Assembly (NCBI GenBank): GCA_019235415.1
Contig: JAFAKN010000131.1
Location: forward strand, 15,219-79,218
DNA length: 64,000 nt
Direction of reading: 5' to 3'
From: Alphaproteobacteria bacterium
Lineage (GTDB): Bacteria > Pseudomonadota > Alphaproteobacteria > Reyranellales > Reyranellaceae
The stretch's first letter is position 1; each line of letters starts with the position of its first letter. Under the pieces are notes generated by a model. It saw nothing but the letters and a program-made list of their open reading frames with translations. It did no database searches and was not told the origin of the DNA. The translations under genes and the position numbers were made by a program. Positions 41,004 through 50,531 of the stretch are shown in pieces.

Positions 41004-41822
41004 GTGAGGCTTTCCCTGTGCAACGAGGTGATCCGCGAGCTGCCGTTCGACCGCCAGTGTGCGCTTGTCGCCGGGCTGGGTTACCAGGGGCTCGAGATCG
41101 CGCCTTTCACCTTCGGACCGGACGGCTGGCGGCTGCCGGCGGCGAGGCGGGCAGAGATCCGGCGGATGTGCAGTGACGCGGGCCTGCAGGTGAGCGGCCT
41201 GCATTGGTTGCTGGCGGCACCCGCCGGCCTGTCGATTACGGCGGCCGACAAAACCGTCTGGCAAAAAAGCGTCGACGTGCTGCGGGCCAGCGTCGACCTC
41301 TGCGCCGAGCTTGGGGGCTCCTATCTCGTGCACGGCTCGCCCGCGCAGCGGCGCGTGGCCGGCAAGGATGACGTCGCTCGCGCCGAGGAGGCCTGGCTGC
41401 TGGCCGGCGAGCAGGCGGCGCTGGCGCGCGTCGCCTACTGCATCGAGCCCTTGTCCCGGCCCGAGTGCAATTTCGTCAACACGCTCGCAGAAGCGGCGGA
41501 GGTTGTGGGCCGCCTCGGCAACCCTGCCTTGCGCACGATGGTCGACACGCTGGCGGCCACCCGCATGGAGCCCGAGCCGGTGGCGGATGCCGTCCGGCGC
41601 TGGATGCCGACGGGTCTGATCGCGCACATCCAATTCAACGACAGCAATCGCCGCGGGCCGGGCCAGGGCAACGACAGGTTCGCGCCCATCGTCCAGGCCC
41701 TGCGCGAGGCGGGCTATGGCGGCTGGATCGCCATGGAGCCGTTCGTCTACGAGCCCGACGGCCCGGCCTGCGCGGCGCGCATGATCGGCTACGTTGCCGG
41801 CCTCCTGGAGTACGCCGCATGA
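41004..41822 (+). CDS. Sugar phosphate isomerase/epimerase (AP endonuclease 2 fold)
   Basis: GLEIAP, IEPLSRPECNF, DT..A, HIQFND, RRGPG, MEPF. Confidence 0.85.
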   Translation: MRLSLCNEVIRELPFDRQCALVAGLGYQGLEIAPFTFGPDGWRLPAARRAEIRRMCSDAGLQVSGLHWLLAAPAGLSITAADKTVWQKSVDVLRASVDLCAELGGSYLVHGSPAQRRVAGKDDVARAEEAWLLAGEQAALARVAYCIEPLSRPECNFVNTLAEAAEVVGRLGNPALRTMVDTLAATRMEPEPVADAVRRWMPTGLIAHIQFNDSNRRGPGQGNDRFAPIVQALREAGYGGWIAMEPFVYEPDGPACAARMIGYVAGLLEYAA

Positions 41823-43231
41823 AGGTGAAGCTCGAGGAGGTCGAGCGATACGAACGCCACGTGAAGTTGCGGCTTCCGTTCCGCTTCGGCGTCATCACCG
41901 TGACGGACGCCACGCAGGCGGTGATCCGGGCGCGCGTTTCCTTGTCCGACGGCCGCAGTGCGGCGGGCGTCGCGGCCGAGGCGCTGGCGGCGAAATGGTT
42001 CGAGAAGAGCCCGCGGTTCACCGACCAAGAGAACCTGCAGCAACTGCGGCAGTCGCTCGACCTGGCAATCGGGCTCTACCGGGCTCAAGGCCCGGCGCGA
42101 CCGTTCGACCTGTTCATCACCACCTGCGAGGCGCAGACGAAGCGCGGTGCCGAGCTCGGCCTCAATCCGCTGGTCGCGGGCTACGGCCCGGCGCTTCTCG
42201 ATCGCGCCATTCTCGACGCGCTCGGGCGCGCTACGGGGCGGTCATTCGCCGAGATGGTCGCCGCCAACGTGCCTGGGATTCGGAGCACGGCGCTCACGCC
42301 CGATATCGAGGACGACGCGCTGGCGTCGTTCCTCATGGACTTGAAGCCCAACCCACGCATAGCCGTGCGCCATACCGTGGGCCTCGTCGATCCGCTGACG
42401 GCCACCGATCGGCCGGAGTCGGAACGGGTGAATGACGGCCTGCCGGAGACCCTGGAAGAGGTCGTAGCCCACTATGGCGGGCGCTACTACAAGCTGAAGG
42501 TGGCGGGCGACGTGAAGGCTGATCTCGACCGGCTTTGCCGCATCGCGGCGGTGCTTGACGGCAGCTCCGGCGATTATCGCGTCACCTTGGACGGCAACGA
42601 GCAATACGACGGCGTCGACGGCATCGTCGAGCTGTGGCGCAAAATCGAAGAATCATCGGCGCTGGCTCGCCTCGCGAGAGCCACCCTCTTCATCGAGCAA
42701 CCGATCAAGCGCGCCGTTGCCCTCTCGCAGTCGGTGGCGCCGTTGGCGCGGCTGCGGCCAGTGATCATCGACGAGTCCGATGGCGGGCTCGGGTCATTCC
42801 CGACGGCACTGGAACTGGGCTACGCCGGCGTCTCGAGCAAGAACTGCAAGGGCTTCTACAAGTCGATCCTGAATGCGGCGCGTGTCGCTCGACTGGGACC
42901 AGGCTACTTCATGTCGGCCGAGGACCTTACGACGTGGCCGGGCGTCAGCGTGCAGCAGGACCTCGCGCTGGTGTCACTGCTGGGACTCACTCACGTCGAG
43001 CGCAACGCACACCATTTCATCGACGGCATGGGCTTCGCACCGGAAGACGAGCAGCGTGCCTTCGTCGCCGCCCATCCCGACCTCTATCACGAACAGCCCG
43101 GCAAGCCGGCGCGCCTCAGGATCGACAAGGGCATGTTGTCGGTCGGCTCGTTGGCCGTGCCGGGATTTGCGGTCGGCGCGGAAATGGACTTCCGCTCAAT
43201 GACGCCGATGGTGCAGGGAGTTTTGCCATGA
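41819..43231 (+). CDS. Enolase/mandelate racemase superfamily protein
   Basis: YKLKV (KxK), LDGNE, FIEQP, IIDESD metal ligands. Confidence 0.75.
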   Translation: MKVKLEEVERYERHVKLRLPFRFGVITVTDATQAVIRARVSLSDGRSAAGVAAEALAAKWFEKSPRFTDQENLQQLRQSLDLAIGLYRAQGPARPFDLFITTCEAQTKRGAELGLNPLVAGYGPALLDRAILDALGRATGRSFAEMVAANVPGIRSTALTPDIEDDALASFLMDLKPNPRIAVRHTVGLVDPLTATDRPESERVNDGLPETLEEVVAHYGGRYYKLKVAGDVKADLDRLCRIAAVLDGSSGDYRVTLDGNEQYDGVDGIVELWRKIEESSALARLARATLFIEQPIKRAVALSQSVAPLARLRPVIIDESDGGLGSFPTALELGYAGVSSKNCKGFYKSILNAARVARLGPGYFMSAEDLTTWPGVSVQQDLALVSLLGLTHVERNAHHFIDGMGFAPEDEQRAFVAAHPDLYHEQPGKPARLRIDKGMLSVGSLAVPGFAVGAEMDFRSMTPMVQGVLP

Positions 43232-44253
43232 CGTTGCCGGCACGGTTCGAGACCGTCGAAGCGCTGGAGGATTTCATGACCGCGCCGTCACAGGCGCTGA
43301 TCGACGATCTCGCCAAGGTGCCGGGCGACATCCTGGTGCTGGGCGTGGGTGGCAAGATGGGACCGACTCTGGCGCGCATGGCCAAGCGCGCTGCTCCGGG
43401 GAAGCGAGTGATCGGCGTCGCTCGCTTCAGCGAGCCTAGCGTCAAGGAAGAGCTGGAGCGTGCCGACGTCGAGCCGATCACGGCGGATCTGCTCGACCGC
43501 GCTGCGCTGGAGTCGCTGCCCAAGGCTGCCAACGTCCTGTTCATGGCCGGGCGCAAGTTCGGCGCCACGGGCGATGTGCCGCTCACCTGGGCGATGAACG
43601 TGCACGTCCCGGCGATGGTCGCCGAAGTGTTCCGGCAGTCGCGGATCGTCGCGTTCTCCACCGGCAACGTCTACCCGTTCGTCCCCGTCGACAGCGGAGG
43701 TGCCGACGAAGACACCCCGCCGGTGCCGCCGTCCGGCGACTATGCCAACTCCTGCGTCGGTCGCGAGCGCATGTTTGAATACTTTTCGGCGAAGCACGGC
43801 ACGCCGGGCCGGCTGTTCCGCCTCAACTACGCCATCGACATGCGCTACGGGGTGCTGCACGACATCGGGCGCAAGGTGCGCGACGGCCAGCCGATCGACG
43901 TCACCATGGGCCATGTCAACGTGATCTGGCAGGGCGACGCCAACGCGATCGCGCTACGCTGCCTCGCGCGCACTACGATGCCGACATCGCCGATCAACGT
44001 GACGGGACCGCAGACCATCGCGGTTCGTCGGCTGGCTGGCGAGTTCGGCAAGCTTTTAGGCAAGACGCCGAAGCTGGTCGGCAAGGAGGCGCCGACCGGC
44101 TGGCTGAACGATGCACGCCGCATGGTGAAGGAATTTGGTCCGCCCGCCGTGCCGCTGGCGAAAATGATCGAATGGACTGCCGATTGGCTGGCCCGCGACA
44201 TGGCCACCTTGAACAAGCCGACGCACTACGAGGTGCGTGATGGCAAGTACTGA
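43228..44253 (+). CDS. NAD-dependent epimerase/dehydratase family protein
   Basis: LGVGGKMG, STGNVY, YANSCVGRE, RLNYA. Confidence 0.85.
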   Translation: MTLPARFETVEALEDFMTAPSQALIDDLAKVPGDILVLGVGGKMGPTLARMAKRAAPGKRVIGVARFSEPSVKEELERADVEPITADLLDRAALESLPKAANVLFMAGRKFGATGDVPLTWAMNVHVPAMVAEVFRQSRIVAFSTGNVYPFVPVDSGGADEDTPPVPPSGDYANSCVGRERMFEYFSAKHGTPGRLFRLNYAIDMRYGVLHDIGRKVRDGQPIDVTMGHVNVIWQGDANAIALRCLARTTMPTSPINVTGPQTIAVRRLAGEFGKLLGKTPKLVGKEAPTGWLNDARRMVKEFGPPAVPLAKMIEWTADWLARDMATLNKPTHYEVRDGKY

Positions 44254-45109
44254 AACCGTCGAGATCAGGGAGATCGACTGCAGCCAGGGCGAGGCCGTTC
44301 ATCCGCTATCCGTCGAAGCGGGCTGGAACCAGACCGTAGCCGATTGGCAATTCATGCTGCAGGCGGGGCGCGGCTTCGGTTGCGTCGGGGAGGACGGCAG
44401 ATGGCAGGCAAGCTCGCTCATGCTGCCGGTCGGCGAGCGCCTTGCGTGGATCAGCATGGTCCTCGTGACCAAGGCGCGCCGTCGTGAAGGACTGGGAACG
44501 AAGCTCCTGAAACGATGCCTCGAGGAGACGGTTGCCAGCGGCAGGATCGCCGGGCTCGATGCGACCGAGCAGGGGCGGCCGATCTACTTGCCGCTCGGCT
44601 TTCGCGATCTCTACCCGATCTCGCGCTGGCACTTCGATGGCGTCGCGCAATCGGCGAAGCCCATCCCGAGCAACATCCGCCTGCGCCCGGTGGCGGCGGC
44701 CGACCTGCCAAAGCTTGCGCTATACGATCAGGCGGCAAGCCGCATGGAGCGCGCGACCCTGCTGTCACATCTGTCGTCGCGGCAGCCGCATCGCGCGTGG
44801 ATAGCCGAGGATCCGTCGGCAGCGATCGTCGGTTTCGTGCTGGGCCGTGAAGGAAGAACCGCGACATCGCTGGGACCGATCGCTGCGGACAACGAAGACA
44901 TCGCGATCACCCTGATCACGAAAGCCGCCGACGCCGGACCCGGACCCTTCATCATGGATGTGCCGCAAGAGCACCGGCAGTTGAGTGCTTGGCTAGCGGC
45001 GCGCGGTGCAACCAGCCCCCGCGGTTACATGCGCATGGCGCGGGGCGAAGTGGTCGGTCTCGACGATCCACAACGCCTGTTCGCCATTGCCGGACCCGAG
45101 CTGGGTTAG
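44240..45109 (+). CDS. GNAT family N-acetyltransferase (tandem GNAT)
   Basis: GWNQT..DW, RREGLG, LDATEQGRPIY..LGF. Confidence 0.85.
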   Translation: MASTETVEIREIDCSQGEAVHPLSVEAGWNQTVADWQFMLQAGRGFGCVGEDGRWQASSLMLPVGERLAWISMVLVTKARRREGLGTKLLKRCLEETVASGRIAGLDATEQGRPIYLPLGFRDLYPISRWHFDGVAQSAKPIPSNIRLRPVAAADLPKLALYDQAASRMERATLLSHLSSRQPHRAWIAEDPSAAIVGFVLGREGRTATSLGPIAADNEDIAITLITKAADAGPGPFIMDVPQEHRQLSAWLAARGATSPRGYMRMARGEVVGLDDPQRLFAIAGPELG

Positions 45110-45121
45110 GTCCGCCACGTT

Positions 45122-45189
45122 TGTCATCCCGAGCGCAGCGAGGGACCCTTCCTGTTGCCTCAACGGTCCCTCGCTACGCTCGGGATGAC
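45122..45189. repeat. REP-like family A copy
   Basis: TGTCATCCCGAGCGCAGCGAGGGACC...GGTCCCTCGCTACGCTCGGGATGAC. Confidence 0.92.
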
Positions 45190-45342
45190 GCCAAAAACCT
45201 TCGAGAGGACGTGGTAGGTCTCCAATACACCGCCAGATAGTTCGTCACGACTGCACTCAATTCGAACCTCAGCTTTGAGCCCACGGCATAGGCCGTTCGT
45301 GAGAGCATACCTATATGAGGCGCGTCGCGTGGGTAGCATTGA

Positions 45343-46281
45343 ATGAAGCGTGCCGATTTTGCCGATCTGTTTGCGTTTGCCGCCGTCGCGGAAACTCTGA
45401 GCTTTCGCGCCGCTGCTCGACGCGTCGGCGTCACTCCGTCGGCCATCAGCCACACCATGCGGCAGCTCGAAAATCGATTGGGCGTGCGCCTGCTCCATCG
45501 CACGACGCGGAGCGTCGCTCTGACCGACCAAGGTCGCCGCCTGCTCGAGCAGGTGCGGCCGGCCCTGGCACAGATCGATGGGGCGCTGCAGGCGCTCGAC
45601 CAAGAGCGGCAGCAACCCTCGGGCCGCCTGCGAATTCATGCCACCGGCGGTGCGGCGGCCGCCGTCGTGGCGCCAATCTGGAACACGTTCCTGCACGCCT
45701 ATCGCGCCGTCCATCTCGAGCTCAAGGTCGACGACGGCCCCGTCGATGTCGTCGCGGACGGCTTCGACGCCGCTATCGCCGTCAAGGAGCAGGTGCCGTC
45801 GGACATGGTGGCGGTCCGGGTAACCGGTGCGATGGAGGCGGCCGTCGTCGGCGCACCAGGCTACTTCGAATCGCGCGGCTTGCCCCTGACGCCCGACGAC
45901 CTCGCGCTGCACGACTGCATCGAATACCGCTGGGGCGACGCGCGGTTCGCTTGGGCCTTTCGGCGTGACGGCGTGCTTCATCGGGTAGCCGTGCGCGGCC
46001 CGGTCAGCGTGCACGGCGGCCAGCTTGCGCTGCGCGCGGCTGTCGATGGTTTGGGGATCGCCTATGCCAACGAGGCCACCGTGCTGCCCTTCGTGCGGTC
46101 GGGCGCGCTGATGCGCGTGCTGGAGGACTGGGCGCCGTCGCACGACGGCTATTTCTTGTACTATCCTGGACATCGCCAAGTGCCCTCGGCTCTGCGCGCG
46201 TTGATCGACACGATTCGCAACGCTCGGCGTCCGAAGCCGGCCGCCCCAGTTGCCGCTCCCTTCGCGGAGGCAGCCGATTGA
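45343..46281 (+). CDS. LysR family transcriptional regulator
   Basis: SFRAAA..GVTPSAISH...LENRLGVRLLHRTTRSV. Confidence 0.92.
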   Translation: MKRADFADLFAFAAVAETLSFRAAARRVGVTPSAISHTMRQLENRLGVRLLHRTTRSVALTDQGRRLLEQVRPALAQIDGALQALDQERQQPSGRLRIHATGGAAAAVVAPIWNTFLHAYRAVHLELKVDDGPVDVVADGFDAAIAVKEQVPSDMVAVRVTGAMEAAVVGAPGYFESRGLPLTPDDLALHDCIEYRWGDARFAWAFRRDGVLHRVAVRGPVSVHGGQLALRAAVDGLGIAYANEATVLPFVRSGALMRVLEDWAPSHDGYFLYYPGHRQVPSALRALIDTIRNARRPKPAAPVAAPFAEAAD

Positions 46282-46333
46282 TAGCAAGGGGTGTCGGCTC
46301 GCCACGTTCGCGTGTGACGAGCCGACGAGGACC

Positions 46334-46639
46334 TTACCGTGTCGAGCCTGGCTGCTGCTCGGCGACGCCGGGCTCATGCGGCGCATCGATCTTCTTGTCG
46401 GCGAGCTTCTGGCGCAGCGCGACGATGGTCCCCTTGGGGTTGCTGTCGCACTGTCCGAGCATGACGACGTCGGACACCGGCATGCCCTCCTGAGCCGAAT
46501 ACATGCTCTGATAGGCCTTGGCCAATTCGCCGCAATACTTGACATCGGCGGCGTTTCCGCCCGCCGTGGTCTGCTGCGCCGAGGCGCACAGGGGGGCCAG
46601 CGACAAGCCGGCCAGAACGCAAACAGTGATACTCTTCAT
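46334..46639 (-). CDS. Hypothetical secreted protein with two Cys in the mature part
   Basis: Signal peptide ending ASA-Q; SD GGAG; DVKYCGELAKAY ... GQCD. Confidence 0.65.
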   Translation of the reverse strand: MKSITVCVLAGLSLAPLCASAQQTTAGGNAADVKYCGELAKAYQSMYSAQEGMPVSDVVMLGQCDSNPKGTIVALRQKLADKKIDAPHEPGVAEQQPGSTR

Positions 46640-46810
46640 GACGCTTCGCTCCTGGAGTGAGATGCCCGTGAGTGAGATGCTCGTTTCTCGTTAGGCGTTA
46701 ACGGCGATATCAGGGCGGGTTGCCGGCCAACAAGACGATGCGCGTTGCATGCGTTGATGAGAAATGCTCAACAATCCCTGATGTGAACGTTCGAAGCGAC
46801 AGGCAGTAGA

Positions 46811-47893
46811 ATGAGCAGCATGAAGCGCGACGCAGGCTTGCGCTGGCACGACTTGCCGCCGCCGGTGCTCTCCCTGCTGCGACAAGGTTCCGTGATTCCG
46901 GCGCATCCGCTGGCACTCGGCCCCGATCGCCAGTTCGACAAGGAGTCGCAGCGTGCGATCAGTCGCTACTACCTCGACGCCGGCTCGGGCGGTCTGGCGG
47001 TGGGCGTGCACTCGACGCAGTTCGCGATCCGCGAGGTCGGCCTGTACCGACCGGTGCTGGAGCTTGCCATCGAAACGGCGCGCGAATGGACCGACCGGCC
47101 GCTCGTGATGATCGCCGGCGCCGTAGGCAGGACGGCGCAGGCGATCGAGGAAGCACGCACGGCGCGCGCCATGGGCTATCACGCCGTGCTGCTGTCGCTC
47201 GCCGCGATGAAGGGCGCGAGCGAGGACGAGCTGATCGAGCACTGCGCAGCGGTCTCTGCCGAAATGCCGCTGGTCGGCTTCTATCTCCAGACAGCGGTCG
47301 GTGGCATTCCGCTGTCACGCGCTTTCTGGCGGCGCTTTGCCGCAATCGAGAACGTCGTGGCAATCAAGGTGGCCCCATTCAACCGATATCGCACGCTGGA
47401 CGTGGCGATGGGGGTGGCGCAGGCGCAGGCCGAGAACCGCATCACCCTCTACACCGGCAACGATGACCACATCGTTGCCGACCTCCTGATGCCGCTGGTG
47501 GTGCGCACCGGCAACCGCGAGGTCATGCTGCGCTTCCAAGGCGGGCTGCTGGGGCACTGGAGCATCTGGACGGCCGGTGCGGTGCAGATGTTGAAGCAGC
47601 TCAAGCTGTCGGTGTCGCAAGGCGCCATCCCGCCCGAGGTGCTGGCGCTCGATTCCTTCGTGACCGACTGCAACTCGGTGGTCTTCGACGTCGATCACGA
47701 TTTCGCCGGCTGCATCCCCGGCTGCCACGAAATCCTGCGCCGGCAGCGATTGATGACGTCGATAGAATGCCTCGATCCGCACGAGATGCTGAGCCCGGGA
47801 CAGTGCGAAGGCATCGACCGCCTCTATGCCACCTATCCCGAGCTCAATGACGACGCCTTCGTTGCCGCCAACCTCGCGCGCTGGCGAAACTGA
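46811..47893 (+). CDS. Dihydrodipicolinate synthase family aldolase/lyase
   Basis: VIPAHPLAL, VGVHSTQF, FYLQ, AIKVAPF (Schiff-base Lys), YTGNDD. Confidence 0.87.
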   Translation: MSSMKRDAGLRWHDLPPPVLSLLRQGSVIPAHPLALGPDRQFDKESQRAISRYYLDAGSGGLAVGVHSTQFAIREVGLYRPVLELAIETAREWTDRPLVMIAGAVGRTAQAIEEARTARAMGYHAVLLSLAAMKGASEDELIEHCAAVSAEMPLVGFYLQTAVGGIPLSRAFWRRFAAIENVVAIKVAPFNRYRTLDVAMGVAQAQAENRITLYTGNDDHIVADLLMPLVVRTGNREVMLRFQGGLLGHWSIWTAGAVQMLKQLKLSVSQGAIPPEVLALDSFVTDCNSVVFDVDHDFAGCIPGCHEILRRQRLMTSIECLDPHEMLSPGQCEGIDRLYATYPELNDDAFVAANLARWRN

Positions 47894-47956
47894 CATGGAC
47901 GAGATCCTCGCCGGGCCAGTCAAGGAGCAGGCCAAGCCAGGGCCGGCGGAGCGATC

Positions 47957-48397
47957 GTGAACCGTTGTCTGCGAACCATCCTGATTGGCTTCGTCGCGGG
48001 CGCAGCGAGCGTGCTCATCTTCCATCAGGCCGGCTTTTGGCTTGCCAACGAGCTCGGCTATGCGCGCGCCACGCTCTACAACCTCAGGCCGCTGCCGCCG
48101 TGGGGCGTGCCGACGATCCTTTCGCAAGCGTTCTGGGGCGGTACGTGGGGCATCCTTATGGCCTTCGTGGTGCCGCGCCTGCCACGGCCATTGAACGGAG
48201 TTTTGGGCTGGGTCCTGTTCGCGGCGATCGTTGTGTCCTTGGTGAACTGGTTCGTCGTGGCGCCCTTGAAGGGCCTGCCGGCAGGCGGCGGCTTTCGCAT
48301 GCCCGGTCCGATCGTGCTGCCGCTGGTTTACGCCTTGTGGGGCTTCGGAATGTGGTTGATCGAGCGTCTGATGCGCCGCGCGCTCGGCTGGCGTTAG
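47957..48397 (+). CDS. Hypothetical membrane protein
   Basis: About 4 TM segments; FHQAG, FWGGTWG. Confidence 0.7.
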   Translation: MNRCLRTILIGFVAGAASVLIFHQAGFWLANELGYARATLYNLRPLPPWGVPTILSQAFWGGTWGILMAFVVPRLPRPLNGVLGWVLFAAIVVSLVNWFVVAPLKGLPAGGGFRMPGPIVLPLVYALWGFGMWLIERLMRRALGWR

Positions 48398-48406
48398 GGG
48401 GGAACA

Positions 48407-48757
48407 ATGAAAATCGACGATGCACCGAGATCCTGCGCAAGCCGCTGCTCGAGGGCCGCTTCGACTGGGTGTGGGGCGCCTGGCCAGGCGCCCAACGTGG
48501 CCGCCAAGGTGACGGCGATGCCCCGTTACGCCGATGACAAGACCTGTCCCTTCCGGTCACTGTATGGACACATCCGCCGCGTCTTCGACGCTTTGGGGCC
48601 GTAGCGTACGTTTTGGGGCAGTGACTGGTCGGGTCTCCCTTGCAGCTACCGGCAGGGCATCACCATGTTCACCGAGGAGATGCCGTGGCTGAAAGGCGAG
48701 GACCTGGAATGGGTCATGGGCCGCGGGATCTGTGAATGGATCGGATGGAGGAACTGA
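48407..48757 (+). pseudogene. Amidohydrolase-2 family remnant
   Basis: PNVAAKVTAMP..PFRSL..IRRVFDALGP*RTFWGSDW..PCSYRQGITMFTEEMPWLKGEDLEWVMGRG; in-frame TAG at 48602-48604; most of the N-terminal part is missing. Confidence 0.7.
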
Positions 48758-49005
48758 TGCTCGGAAGCAGGCGGACGGTTTCTTTCTGGCAACCCAAGAA
48801 GCAGCTGCTCAAGCTCGCCCGCGCCCTGCGGGCCCGCGTGGAGGAGACGGCCCGGCCCGCCCTGCCGGCGCAATCGCTCGCCGTCGCCCGCGTCAGGAGC
48901 CGCATTGCCGCCGAAGGCAAGCGCAAGGCGCGCTTTTCCGAGTACTGAGCAGGCTTGATAATAGTTATTGGCGCGGCGTAGGCTGCCATTGATCCCGGAG
49001 GTCAA

Positions 49006-49266
49006 ATGGCAAGCAGCGTCGATCTTGGCCGCGAGCTGGAAAGATTCGTGGCCTCACTGGTCTCCAGCGGGAGATACAACTCCAAGAGCGAAGTGCTCCG
49101 CGAAGGACTTCGTTTGCTGCAGGAGCGCGAAAAGCGTCTTGCGGTTTTGGATGCCGCGCTGGACCAAGGGCTAGCCGCGGCAAATCTCGGCAAGCTCAAG
49201 CCAGCAGAAGAAGTGTTCGGTCGCCTCGAGGCCAAATACAGGAAGATGGCGAAGTCCAAGGCGTGA
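49006..49266 (+). CDS. ParD-like antitoxin (Arc/MetJ fold)
   Basis: LERFVASLVSSGRYNSKSEVLREGLRLLQERE. Confidence 0.88.
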   Translation: MASSVDLGRELERFVASLVSSGRYNSKSEVLREGLRLLQEREKRLAVLDAALDQGLAAANLGKLKPAEEVFGRLEAKYRKMAKSKA

Positions 49267-49568
49267 GAGTCTCTTTCACGGAGCCTGCCGAGGAAGACCT
49301 CGAGGCGATTGGCGATTGGATAGTCAGGGATAACCCCGATCGGGCCATCACATTCGTGCGCGAGCTACGCCGCTCCTGCCTCCAAATCGGTTCACGACCC
49401 CGCAGCTATCCGTTTGTCGAACATCGGCTCAATGATGGCATTCGCCGCAGAGTGCACGGAAACTATCTGATCTTTTATCGGGTAACTGACACGGTCGAGA
49501 TTCTTCGCATCCTGCCCGGTGCTCGCGACTACGGTCGCATTCTCTTCGGCGATGATGACTTAGACTAG
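49263..49568 (+). CDS. ParE/RelE family toxin
   Basis: FTEPAEEDLEAIGDWI, GNYLIFY, ILRILPGARD; GTGA overlap with the antitoxin. Confidence 0.88.
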   Translation: MRVSFTEPAEEDLEAIGDWIVRDNPDRAITFVRELRRSCLQIGSRPRSYPFVEHRLNDGIRRRVHGNYLIFYRVTDTVEILRILPGARDYGRILFGDDDLD

Positions 49569-50531
49569 CCGCGTTATCGTTTGCGAGCCGCCGCCCCACA
49601 CCGGCAGGTAGGTCATCTTGTAGCCGGCGCCGCCGGTGACGATGACGTGGATCGCATCGGGGGCGCGCGCGACGCCATCGCCGTGCTCGAACATGTAGCG
49701 CTGCACGTGGAAAAGATCCCAGCCGTCGTGCCGCACGATCTTCTCGGCCATCTCCAGCGGCAGCAGCACGACCTGCTCGCCGCGCTCGTTGCGCCGGCTC
49801 ATGCTCGACATGACGAGCGCCGCGCGCATTCCCGCGACGATCGGCGAGAGGATCGCTTCCGGCGTGGCGCCTTCGCCGTCGCCCGGCAGGACCTCGGCAG
49901 TTCCCGACACGCCCATCACGGTGACGGCGCTGGCGTCGCCAGCCAGGCCGCGCCGCGCCGTCAGGGTGGGGAAGGGGCCGTCGCTGCGCTCGGCGAAGCA
50001 GAACGTGTACTTGCCGGGCTGCCCCATGGTCGCCATGTCGCCGACCTCGGCGCGCGCGCCGCCGATGTTGCGGATGACGAGCTGCAGGGCGCGTCCGACG
50101 CAGGCGTTGGCGCGGTTGCCCGGTCCCAGGCAGTTGGTGCCGGCATTGATGGCGAGCTGGCGCGCGATCGATCCGTGCACGCACAACGCGACGCAGGCCG
50201 TGCCCGTGGTGGTGGCGACGCCCAGCAGGTTGAAGTCCGGCTCGAGCACTGCCGCGGCGGCGGTGAGCACTACCGGCAGTTCGGCCGGCGTGCAGCCGGC
50301 GATCACGCATTGGTAGGCGACGGCCTCGGCGGTGACGTCGCCGAACATCGGCGGCATGAGGCCGTGCGATTCGCTGCGGTCCGGTATCCCGACGAGCATC
50401 GCCTCGAGGCGATGCCGCGTCGGCGGCACCATTGGCAGCCCGTCCGACAGCTCGGCGTCGATCAGGGTTTTTTGCGCGGCCTCGAAGCCCGTGCCCTCGT
50501 CGACGACGGGCCAGCCGCACCACCCGCTCAT
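49560..50531 (-). CDS. Uncharacterised protein, UGSC-operon partner (paralog B)
   Basis: SDGLPMVPPT, AGC, NCLG, GQPGKYTFCFAE, IVTGGAG; start overlaps paralog A stop. Confidence 0.8.
   Translation of the reverse strand: MSGWCGWPVVDEGTGFEAAQKTLIDAELSDGLPMVPPTRHRLEAMLVGIPDRSESHGLMPPMFGDVTAEAVAYQCVIAGCTPAELPVVLTAAAAVLEPDFNLLGVATTTGTACVALCVHGSIARQLAINAGTNCLGPGNRANACVGRALQLVIRNIGGARAEVGDMATMGQPGKYTFCFAERSDGPFPTLTARRGLAGDASAVTVMGVSGTAEVLPGDGEGATPEAILSPIVAGMRAALVMSSMSRRNERGEQVVLLPLEMAEKIVRHDGWDLFHVQRYMFEHGDGVARAPDAIHVIVTGGAGYKMTYLPVWGGGSQTITRLV

Noticed and set aside
45190-45340. Small divergent ORF or target gene upstream of the LysR
   Set aside because: Only short ORFs with no motifs that run into the repeat
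48757-48948. 63-aa ORF after the amidohydrolase remnant
   Set aside because: No recognisable motif; cannot distinguish a gene fragment from a chance ORF
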